From Ignavibacterium sp. (GTDB lineage: Bacteria > Bacteroidota > Ignavibacteria > Ignavibacteriales > Ignavibacteriaceae): 36,754 bases of DNA. Location: NCBI GenBank assembly GCA_023511695.1, contig JAIMAZ010000001.1:1-36754 (forward strand). The letters are read 5' to 3'. Both the position numbers and the translations under genes were made by a program. Position 1 is the stretch's first letter, and each line of letters opens with the position of its first letter. Below, one piece after another: positions 9,572-17,791 of the stretch. The notes under the pieces are model-generated. The model saw only the letters and a list, made by a program, of their open reading frames with translations. It was not told the origin of the DNA and made no database searches.

Positions 9572-11725
9572 ATGACACGAAAAATTAAAATAGGAATTGA
9601 TGTTGGTGGTACATTCACCCACGCCGTTGCTGTTGATATTTCCGATTATTCTTTAGTTGGAAAATCCTGTGTGCCAACTACACACAAAGCTAAAGAAGGA
9701 GTTGCACGCGGTGTTGTTGATTCGATGAAAAATCTTTTAAATGAAAATAAAATTAACCCTGATGAAGTTGTGTTGATTGCTCATTCAACAACTCAGGCAA
9801 CAAATGCTTTACTGGAAGGTGATGTTGCAGTTGTTGGAATAATTGGAATGGCAAAAGGGATTGAGGCAATCCGTGCAAGGAATGAAATAAATCTTAAGAA
9901 CATAGAACTTTCACCGGGCAAATTTTTGCAAACCAGATTTCGGTTCATTAATACTTCCAAACAAATTAATAAAGAACTTTTCAAAAAAAACATTGAAGAA
10001 CTTCTGAGCGAAGGAGCTGAAGTAATCGTTGCATCAGAAGCTTTTGGTGTTGATGACACTACGAATGAAGATCTTGTAATTGAAGTTGCCGAGTCAATGA
10101 ATTTGCTATCAAGCGCCGCGAGCAGAATTTCAAAATTATATGGACTTCGTGTTCGTACAAGAACCGCAGTTATCAATGCCAGTATGATGCCTAAAATGCT
10201 TGAGACAGCAAATATGACAGAACAGGCAATTCGGGAAAGCGGTGTTAAAGCTCCTTTGATGGTTATGCGCTCAGATGGCGGCATTATGGACATAAACGAA
10301 ATGAGACAAAGACCAATTTTAACAATGCTGTCAGGACCTGCGGCGGGAGTTGCTGCAGCACTAATGTATGAAAAAGTTTCTGATGGAATTTTTCTTGAAG
10401 TTGGCGGAACTTCAACAGATATTTCAGTTATAAAAAATGGTAAGCCGCAAGTAAAGAGCGCTCAAATTGGTGGCAACAGATTATATCTTCGTACACTTGA
10501 TGTTCGCACACTTGGAATTGCCGGCGGTTCTGTTCCTCGTTTTCATAAAAATAAAATTATTGATGTTGGACCAAGAAGCGCGCACATCGCACAGCTAAAC
10601 TATGTTGCATTTGCTAACGAAGATTTTTCTGATATTGAAATTGAGCAAGTTCAGCCATTGCAAAATGATCCGAATGATTATCTTGCAATCAAAACAAAAT
10701 CATCACAAAATAAATTTACTGTTACTCCGACAGAAGCATCATATCAACTTGAATTAGTAAAAGAGCAAGGGCATAGTGCTGGTAATACCGAAAGAATAAA
10801 AAATTGTTTTTCATCATTATCAAAAATTTTCAGCAAACCTTCTGAAGAAATTGCAGAAGAAATCCTGAAAATCTCTGCGGAAAAAATTAAACCTGTAATT
10901 GATCAATTGATTCGGGAGTACAAGCTTGATAAAGAATTAGTTGAATTAGTTGGCGGCGGTGGTGGCGCATCAGCAATTGTTCCTTTTACATCAAAATATT
11001 TGAATTATCCTCATCGGATTGCTAAGGACTGTGAAGTTATATCAGCTATTGGTGCGGCGCTTGGAATGATAAGAGACTCTGTTGAAAAAACTATTATCAA
11101 TCCCACTGAAAATGATATTATTGAATTAAGGCAGCAGGCATTCGAGTCAGTTGTAAAGATGGGCGCTAATCCAGATACCATTGAAGTTAGCATTGAAATA
11201 GATACCACAAATAAAAAAGTAATAGCAGTAGCAATGGGCTCGAGTGAAATGCGTTCGAAAGAACTTGTAAAGAAAATTCTATCTGATGATGAGCTTTTAG
11301 AAATTGGTTCCAAATCATTAAGAGCTGAGAAGAAAAATGTAAATGTATTCTTTCAATCAGATTTCTTTTCAGTTTTTAATTACGAAAAAATTCATAAACA
11401 TTTATATGGTTTGATAAAAGAGCATCTGAACAGTTTTAGAGTTATTGATAAGGAAGGCACAATAAAACTTCAACTGCAAAATGCCAAAGGACTGAAAGTA
11501 AAAGTAAATGAAGTTAAAGCATCAATTTCAAAAATCATTTCTGAGCTTACTTCTTTTGGTGATGCTGGTGCATTAGTTCCCGATATTTTTATTATTGCTT
11601 CATCAAGAATTATTGATTTTACCGGATTGATAAACGAAACCCAAATAATTTCACTTGCTGATTTTGAGCTTTCAAAAATTCCGCAGGATGAAACTGTTGT
11701 TATTTTAGCTTCGCAGAAAAAATGA
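9572..11725 (+). CDS. Hydantoinase/oxoprolinase A-family (ASKHA-fold ATPase) protein; no B subunit in the window
   Basis: [50 protein letters not shown] and SAIGAA motifs. Confidence 0.85.
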   Translation: MTRKIKIGIDVGGTFTHAVAVDISDYSLVGKSCVPTTHKAKEGVARGVVDSMKNLLNENKINPDEVVLIAHSTTQATNALLEGDVAVVGIIGMAKGIEAIRARNEINLKNIELSPGKFLQTRFRFINTSKQINKELFKKNIEELLSEGAEVIVASEAFGVDDTTNEDLVIEVAESMNLLSSAASRISKLYGLRVRTRTAVINASMMPKMLETANMTEQAIRESGVKAPLMVMRSDGGIMDINEMRQRPILTMLSGPAAGVAAALMYEKVSDGIFLEVGGTSTDISVIKNGKPQVKSAQIGGNRLYLRTLDVRTLGIAGGSVPRFHKNKIIDVGPRSAHIAQLNYVAFANEDFSDIEIEQVQPLQNDPNDYLAIKTKSSQNKFTVTPTEASYQLELVKEQGHSAGNTERIKNCFSSLSKIFSKPSEEIAEEILKISAEKIKPVIDQLIREYKLDKELVELVGGGGGASAIVPFTSKYLNYPHRIAKDCEVISAIGAALGMIRDSVEKTIINPTENDIIELRQQAFESVVKMGANPDTIEVSIEIDTTNKKVIAVAMGSSEMRSKELVKKILSDDELLEIGSKSLRAEKKNVNVFFQSDFFSVFNYEKIHKHLYGLIKEHLNSFRVIDKEGTIKLQLQNAKGLKVKVNEVKASISKIISELTSFGDAGALVPDIFIIASSRIIDFTGLINETQIISLADFELSKIPQDETVVILASQKK

Positions 11726-12630
11726 AAAAGATAAACAAATTATATGATTACGTAATTTATCCGGCAAACCTTGTTGGTTGTATTACTGCAATTAAAAAAT
11801 CAAGTGAAGGTGCTGAAGTTCTTTTGCTGAACAACTACGGATTTCCAGGCGGTGAATTAACCCATAGTTTGTGCTGCCATCAGTATCTGGATGATAAGAT
11901 TATCTCAGGCAAAACTTTAGAAATTTATAATCAGATAGTTGATGAGAAGCATAGCATATTTTATAGATATATGAATCAAGTGGTAATTAATCCTGAGACT
12001 GTAAAATTTGTATTACAAAAAAATCTTGAGCAAACTAACATTGATTTATTGTTTCATGTAATTCCGTATTCAATTACAAAGTCCAAATCAAATTATGAAA
12101 TCAATCTTTCTGCGAAGGAAGGACAATTAATTTATTCTGCAAAAAAAATTATTGATTGCAGCGAGAACTTTGCTTTGATGAAATTATACGGTATAAATAG
12201 AAAACTAGTCGAAGCAAATTTTAATTTATTTGTGAGCAAAAGCGGCAGCAATGGTTTTAATATTGATTTATCAAAAGATGAAGAAATTGTTCGTCATCAT
12301 TCTGTTAAAAAATTTGTACAGCTGTTTGATTTAAGATTTTGGGTATCACTAAAAATTCCGATTGAAGAAGAAGAATTATTCCTTGAGAATGAAGCACAGA
12401 AAATTCTGAATGAATATGAAATCTATCTTTTGACAAAAGGAGCAAGAGTTCAGTTGATTGCACCGCAAACATATCGTAAATACAAAACAGAAACTCTACC
12501 GGATTTTAATGAAGATGTGTCGCATATTAATTCATTGTTGATGGAAGATTTTACAATTGAACAAACTTTTATTAAATCAGCTTTGATTGAAGAAGCATTA
12601 AAAGAAAAAGAACAGCAAAATGTTAAATGA
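11722..12630 (+). CDS. Degenerate, shortened FAD-dependent oxidoreductase paralog
   Basis: Colinear with the N-half of 13416..14735 ([35 protein letters not shown]) but lacks GxGxxG. Start overlaps the upstream stop (ATGA). Confidence 0.7.
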   Translation: MKKINKLYDYVIYPANLVGCITAIKKSSEGAEVLLLNNYGFPGGELTHSLCCHQYLDDKIISGKTLEIYNQIVDEKHSIFYRYMNQVVINPETVKFVLQKNLEQTNIDLLFHVIPYSITKSKSNYEINLSAKEGQLIYSAKKIIDCSENFALMKLYGINRKLVEANFNLFVSKSGSNGFNIDLSKDEEIVRHHSVKKFVQLFDLRFWVSLKIPIEEEELFLENEAQKILNEYEIYLLTKGARVQLIAPQTYRKYKTETLPDFNEDVSHINSLLMEDFTIEQTFIKSALIEEALKEKEQQNVK

Positions 12631-13309
12631 TATAATTGAATCACTTAAAGAAAATTTGATTGTTTCCTGTCAGGCAGAAGGAGATTCTCCTTTCAATTCA
12701 CCGGAAGGAGTAACGATGTTCGCTAAAGCAGCTATAATGGGCGGTGCTGCTGCAATTCGTTCTGAAGGAATTGCAAAAACTAAAATGATAATTGAACAGA
12801 CAAATGTTCCGGTAATCGGATTAGTTAAATCAAAATTTGAAGATAGTTCTGTTCGAATCACAGGCAACTTCAAAGATGTTGAAGATTTGATTTCTATCGG
12901 CACTCACATAATTGCGATTGACGGAACTTTCAGAAAAAGAGAAAATCTTTCTGGTCCGGATTTTATCAAAGCAGTCAAATCAAAATTTAATTGTCTGATA
13001 ATGGCTGATATTGCAACATTAGATGAAGCAATTGCCTGTGAAGAAGCCGGTGCAGATTTAATTTCAACAACATTAAATGGATATACACCTGAAACAATTT
13101 CTGATAAAATTAAAGAACCTAATTATGATTTAGTCACTCAGCTAGTTAAAAGAATTAAAATACCTGTGGTTGCAGAAGGAAGAATTAATACTCCCGACGC
13201 AGCAAAAAAAATGGTTGAGCTGGGCGCGTATGCAGTTGTTGTTGGAACAGCAATTACTCGTCCGCACATAATAACAAGCTGGTATGTTGATGCTATTAAA
13301 AAAACTTGA
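12620..13309 (+). CDS. nanE: N-acetylmannosamine-6-phosphate 2-epimerase
   Basis: LIVSCQA, GGAAAIR, PVIGLVK, IAIDGT.R.R, MADI, TTLNGYT, AEGRINTP, VVVGTAITRP; typical length of 229 aa. Confidence 0.95.
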   Translation: MLNDIIESLKENLIVSCQAEGDSPFNSPEGVTMFAKAAIMGGAAAIRSEGIAKTKMIIEQTNVPVIGLVKSKFEDSSVRITGNFKDVEDLISIGTHIIAIDGTFRKRENLSGPDFIKAVKSKFNCLIMADIATLDEAIACEEAGADLISTTLNGYTPETISDKIKEPNYDLVTQLVKRIKIPVVAEGRINTPDAAKKMVELGAYAVVVGTAITRPHIITSWYVDAIKKT

Positions 13310-13313
13310 GTAT

Positions 13314-13406
13314 GTCATTGCTAATCCCGAATTGTCGGGATGAAGCAATCTGTTAAATTTATCATTAAAGATCACTTCGCCCCGATAATTCTGGGCTCGT
13401 GATGAC
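13314..13406. repeat. GTCA...TGAC palindromic element, family A
   Basis: GTCATTGC...GAAGCAATCT-spacer-AGATCACTTCG...GCTCGTGATGAC, with small internal hairpins (CCCGAATTGTCGGG). Confidence 0.8.
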
Positions 13407-13415
13407 CTTTTGAAT

Positions 13416-14735
13416 ATGACCGAACTTAAATCAAAATACGATGTAATTGTAGCAGGAGCAGGAATTGCAGGCATTAGCGCTGCTGTTAAAGCCGCACAAC
13501 TTGGAGCTTCAGTGCTTTTGATTGAACATTACGGTTTCGTTGGCGGAATGTCAACTGCAGGAATGGTATCACCTTTTATGAAACATAAAGTAAATGATGA
13601 AATTCTTGTACGCGGAATTTTTGAAGAACTCGAAAATGAAATGATTTACAGAAAAGGTATGATTGATAATGGATTTTATGCATCATCATTTCGTGCTTCT
13701 GCATTTGAATTATTGAAGAATGCCAACTCAACAATTCTTCTCAACGCTCAGATAAATGAAGTTATAAGAATTGGAAACTCAATAAAATCAATCAAAGTAA
13801 TTGCAAACGAAGAAGAAATTAAAATTGATGCTGATGTTTTTATTGACACAACCGGCGATGCTCAACTCGTTTATCTTGGAAACTTTCCCTGGGTTAAAGG
13901 CGATGAAAAAACCGGGAAGCTGCAGGCACTAACTCTCTTTTTCAGAATGGCTAATATTGATGTAAAAGCTGTAGCTGAATATGCAAAGCAGCATAAGGAA
14001 GATTTCTTCGATTGGATGGAATATGATTTCGACTTCAATAGAATTATTTCAATTGCAGGATTTTTCTCTTTTGTTAAAAGAGCAATTGCTGAAAAAAGAT
14101 TGCCTGAAGAAATTCAGTACATATTTTTCACAACTCTGCCTGATTCAGGTGAAGGTTCATTTAACACTTCAAACATTTTAGGAATTGATGGTTCAACCTC
14201 AGAAGATTTGACTAAAGCTGAACTGATTGGAAGAAATCAGGTTTACCAGATTGTAAAATTGTTGCAGGAAGAAATTCCGGGATTTGAAAAAGCTATTCTG
14301 CTTGAAACTGCTGTTCAGGTTGGAGTAAGAGAAACCAGAAGAGCAATTGGTGATTACATCGTTACAGGTGATGACATAAAGTATGCGCATAAATTTGATG
14401 ACGCAATTGCAAGAGGTTGTTATGGAATTGATATTCACGGTCAAAAAGATGAGCAAAGCAGAATGGAACATTTGCCTGAAGGCGATTTTTATGAAATTCC
14501 TCTCAGAGCATTGATTGTTAAAGATGCTGAAAATTTACTTGTTGCAGGCCGCTGTATTTCTTCAACACGCGAAGGTCACAGTGCTTTAAGAATTCAACCC
14601 ACTTCTGCTGCAACCGGTGAAGCCTGTGGAGCTTTGGCAGCATTGGCAGTAAAAGATAAAAAGCAAATAAGAGATGTTAGCTTTAAAGAAGTTCAGAAAA
14701 TTATAACGCATAATCTCACTCAGAAAAACTTATGA
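13416..14735 (+). CDS. FAD-dependent oxidoreductase (FAD_oxidored/PF12831-like)
   Basis: YDVIVAGAGIAG, FIDTTGDA, GVRETRR, YEIPLRAL, LLVAGRCIS, SALRIQP..AATGEACG. Confidence 0.9.
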   Translation: MTELKSKYDVIVAGAGIAGISAAVKAAQLGASVLLIEHYGFVGGMSTAGMVSPFMKHKVNDEILVRGIFEELENEMIYRKGMIDNGFYASSFRASAFELLKNANSTILLNAQINEVIRIGNSIKSIKVIANEEEIKIDADVFIDTTGDAQLVYLGNFPWVKGDEKTGKLQALTLFFRMANIDVKAVAEYAKQHKEDFFDWMEYDFDFNRIISIAGFFSFVKRAIAEKRLPEEIQYIFFTTLPDSGEGSFNTSNILGIDGSTSEDLTKAELIGRNQVYQIVKLLQEEIPGFEKAILLETAVQVGVRETRRAIGDYIVTGDDIKYAHKFDDAIARGCYGIDIHGQKDEQSRMEHLPEGDFYEIPLRALIVKDAENLLVAGRCISSTREGHSALRIQPTSAATGEACGALAALAVKDKKQIRDVSFKEVQKIITHNLTQKNL

Positions 14736-16138
14736 ATATATTTTTTGGAACTGACGGCTGGCGCGGTTTAATTGATAAAGAAGTTAATGAACGATCAATT
14801 GAAATTGTTGCACAGGCTTTTGCAGATTATCTTAATGAAAATCATCAAAGTGCTTCTGCTGCAATAGGTTTTGATGGTAGAAAAAAATCAGAATTGTTTG
14901 CCAGAATTTTTGCTGAAGTTCTTTCTGGAAATGGTATAAAAGTTTTTCTTTCAGATAGAATTATTCCAACACCATCGCTTTCATTTATTGTAAAACATAA
15001 ATCATTATCAGCCGGAGTGATGATTACCGCTTCACACAATCCACCTGTATACAACGGAGTAAAATTCAAAGCTTCTTATGGTGGACCATTTCTTACTGAA
15101 GAAACTGCAAAAGTTGAGCAGCTGCTAAACAAAAATTCAATCAAAAGAAATAACGAATTAATAACAAAAGAAAATTTTCTGATAGATTATTTTAACCAAT
15201 TAGAAAACTTGGTTGATTTTGAACTCATAAGAAGATCACGATTAAAAATTCTGATTGACTCAATGGGCGGTGCCGGAACAGATTTAATTGAAAGAATTTT
15301 ATTAACACATAACATTCCGGCTAAGTCAATTTATTCTACTCCTAATGATAAATTTTTCGGAAGATTGGCTGAACCGATCGAAAAAAATCTTAAACCTTTA
15401 TCCGATGAATTAAAGACTAATGATTATTCACTCGGACTTGCAACTGATGGTGACGCTGATCGCTGCGGAGTTATGCTGGATGATGGAAGCTGGTTGAGTG
15501 CACAGGAAACAATTTTATTGCTTGCAGATTTCTGTATTAACAAAAAGAAGTTTCGTGGAAATATTATTAAGACTTCAAGTGTGACAGATAAACTGAAAAC
15601 TTTCTTTGAATCAAATCAAAGAAAAGTAATTGATGTGCAGGTTGGTTTTAAGTACATAACAGAAGTAATGATTAAGCAAAATGTTGCATTTGGATGTGAA
15701 GAAAGCGGCGGCTTTGGATATGGAGTTCATATTCCAGAACGAGATGGAATTCTTTCAGCACTATTTATGATTGAAATGTTAGCTGATTCCGGTTTTAACA
15801 AACTAAGCGAATATGTAAATCACAAAAGAAAAATTTTTGGTGAATTATTTTACGATCGTGTTGATTTAAATTATGAAAAACCAGACAGAAACGAACTACT
15901 TCCTCAGCTTTATAAAAAATACATTGACAAGCTTGGCGATTATAAAGTTGTTTTTGTAAAACCATTTTACAGCAGCAGAAACATTGTTAATGGCTTAAAA
16001 TATTTTCTTGAAGGTAGTAACAGATGGCTTCTGATACGCTCATCTGAGACTGAACCGATTGTTAGAATTTATGCAGAAGGACAAAGCAAAGAGGAAGTAA
16101 AAAAATTATTGGAATTTGGAAGAAAGTTATTTAATTAA
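14732..16138 (+). CDS. Alpha-D-phosphohexomutase (PGM/PMM family)
   Basis: FGTDGWRG, catalytic ITASHNP, metal loop DGDADR, sugar loop GCEESGG, RSSETEP. Confidence 0.93.
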   Translation: MNIFFGTDGWRGLIDKEVNERSIEIVAQAFADYLNENHQSASAAIGFDGRKKSELFARIFAEVLSGNGIKVFLSDRIIPTPSLSFIVKHKSLSAGVMITASHNPPVYNGVKFKASYGGPFLTEETAKVEQLLNKNSIKRNNELITKENFLIDYFNQLENLVDFELIRRSRLKILIDSMGGAGTDLIERILLTHNIPAKSIYSTPNDKFFGRLAEPIEKNLKPLSDELKTNDYSLGLATDGDADRCGVMLDDGSWLSAQETILLLADFCINKKKFRGNIIKTSSVTDKLKTFFESNQRKVIDVQVGFKYITEVMIKQNVAFGCEESGGFGYGVHIPERDGILSALFMIEMLADSGFNKLSEYVNHKRKIFGELFYDRVDLNYEKPDRNELLPQLYKKYIDKLGDYKVVFVKPFYSSRNIVNGLKYFLEGSNRWLLIRSSETEPIVRIYAEGQSKEEVKKLLEFGRKLFN

Positions 16139-16140
16139 GA

Positions 16141-16223
16141 GTCATTCTCACAAACCTGCCTAAGTTAGACAGGAGTGGAAATTCATAATAAGAAAAATAG
16201 ATTCCCGCCTTCGCGGGAATGAC
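16141..16223. repeat. GTCA...TGAC palindromic element, family A
   Basis: GTCATTCTC...(CCTGCCTAAGTTAGACAGG hairpin)...AGATTCCCGCCTTCGCGGGAATGAC. Confidence 0.8.
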
Positions 16224-16235
16224 AGTAAAGACTAA

Positions 16236-17609
16236 ATGAAAAAGAAATTCATAAATAAAAAAGAAGCAAAATCACTTATCACAAAACTTGGTGATGAGTT
16301 TGCTGTTGTAAAAAATCCGGTTTACATTCATCCTGAGTTTGAACTTTATCCGCTTGCTAAGAAAATTAAAACTGTGGATAAACTGGTTGCCGCAGTAATG
16401 GATATGGACGGCACAACTACAACTACTGAACTGCTTTGTATTCATTCACTTGAATTTATGGTTAGAAAATTTTCAGGAAAAATTGATACTCAAACCTGGA
16501 AAGGATTGAATCCCAAGGAAGATTATCCTCACATTATCGGCAACAGCACTACAAAGCATGTTGAATATCTGATAACAAAATATTCAAAATCATTTAAGAA
16601 AAACGAAGTGATAAAATCATTTCTTTTTGCTGCTGCCTGGACGTTGATTTTTGGGAAAGATAACCAACGAAAATCTGAAGTTGTGATGAACCTGAAATCA
16701 TTTAATTGTCAGGATTTAATTACTGATGAATACTTTAAGAAGATTATAAATCTTACAACACTTCTCGATGAAGATAAGGAACAACTATCTGATTATTTAT
16801 TCAATAAATACAAAAATTATTTTTCTTCGCTTGGATTTAATGACTATGTCCGGTTAGGAATTGATGTTTACTATCAGAGATATCACGAAATTCTGGAAAG
16901 AATTCGTTTAGGTGAAAGCAAATTTATTGCTGAAGAATTATTTGGAGATCCTCATAAACATTTGATCGAAGCAATGCCCGGCATTCCTGTAATGCTTCCG
17001 ATGATAAAAGGATTAGTTATTGAACATCACGATTTGTTTTTTGATTATCTCCTGAAAGCATACGAACACAAAACAGGTAAAACTTTTAGTTTAACTAATT
17101 TAGAAAAAGCAAGAAAAAACTTTATTGAACTTTGTCAGAAATTTCAGGTTTCACCAATAAAAACAGCAATCGTTACTTCATCCATATTTTATGAAGCTGA
17201 TATTGTTCTAAGAGAAGTTTTCAAAGTTATAAGCAATGAATTAAATAATCTTTTACCTGATTCTGACTTTAAAAGAAACTTATTAAAAAAATTCTCTGAC
17301 TATAATTTTTACTATGATGCTATTGTCACTGCTAATGATTCAAGTGAAATAAGATTAAAGCCGCACAGAGATTTGTACAGCATTGCATTATTTAAATTAA
17401 ATGTTGCTAAAGAAGATTTTAATAAAGTAATCGGATTTGAAGACAGTGAAAGCGGAACAATCGCAATCCGTGCTGCAGGAATTGGTTTATCAATCGCAGT
17501 GCCGTTTGCAGAAACAAGCGGACATAATCTTAAAGCAGCAACTTATGTTTGCAAAGGTGGTTTACCCGAAGTGATTTTGAAATATAATATGTTTGTTAAT
17601 TCTAAATAA
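16236..17609 (+). CDS. HAD-superfamily hydrolase (sugar-phosphatase/beta-PGM-like core with large insertions)
   Basis: Motif I MDMDGT, motif II IVTSS, motif III LKPH, motif IV GFEDSESG. Confidence 0.85.
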   Translation: MKKKFINKKEAKSLITKLGDEFAVVKNPVYIHPEFELYPLAKKIKTVDKLVAAVMDMDGTTTTTELLCIHSLEFMVRKFSGKIDTQTWKGLNPKEDYPHIIGNSTTKHVEYLITKYSKSFKKNEVIKSFLFAAAWTLIFGKDNQRKSEVVMNLKSFNCQDLITDEYFKKIINLTTLLDEDKEQLSDYLFNKYKNYFSSLGFNDYVRLGIDVYYQRYHEILERIRLGESKFIAEELFGDPHKHLIEAMPGIPVMLPMIKGLVIEHHDLFFDYLLKAYEHKTGKTFSLTNLEKARKNFIELCQKFQVSPIKTAIVTSSIFYEADIVLREVFKVISNELNNLLPDSDFKRNLLKKFSDYNFYYDAIVTANDSSEIRLKPHRDLYSIALFKLNVAKEDFNKVIGFEDSESGTIAIRAAGIGLSIAVPFAETSGHNLKAATYVCKGGLPEVILKYNMFVNSK

Positions 17610-17614
17610 ATGGT

Positions 17615-17775
17615 ATCATTCCTGCAAAAGCAGGAATCAATTACTTAAAAAATTAAACTGTCACTCTGAACGAAGTGAAGAGTCTGTGCTTTTAGATTCT
17701 TCACCTTGATTTCATCAAGGTTCAGAATGATACTAGAAATACTAATTAACAGATTCTCGCCTGCGCGGGAATGAC
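17615..17775. repeat. Nested family A palindromic elements (outer 17615-17775, inner 17660-17731)
   Basis: Outer ATCATTCCTGCAAAAGCAGGAATC...AGATTCTCGCCTGCGCGGGAATGAC; inner GTCACTCTGAACGAAGTGAAGAGTCT...AGATTCTTCA...TTCAGAATGAT. Confidence 0.8.
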
Positions 17776-17791
17776 AATTAGAAGATTACTA

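Noticed and set aside
12620..13309. Canonical sialic-acid (nan) operon
   Set aside because: No nanA, nanK, nanT or sialidase in the window, although they could lie elsewhere in the genome.
13142..13474. 110-aa minus-strand ORF across the nanE/oxidoreductase junction
   Set aside because: It is antisense to two real genes and simply reads through the palindromic repeat.
17771..17791. GH38 start at 17771
   Set aside because: That ATG is part of the repeat end GGGAATGAC; ATG 17792 is more plausible.
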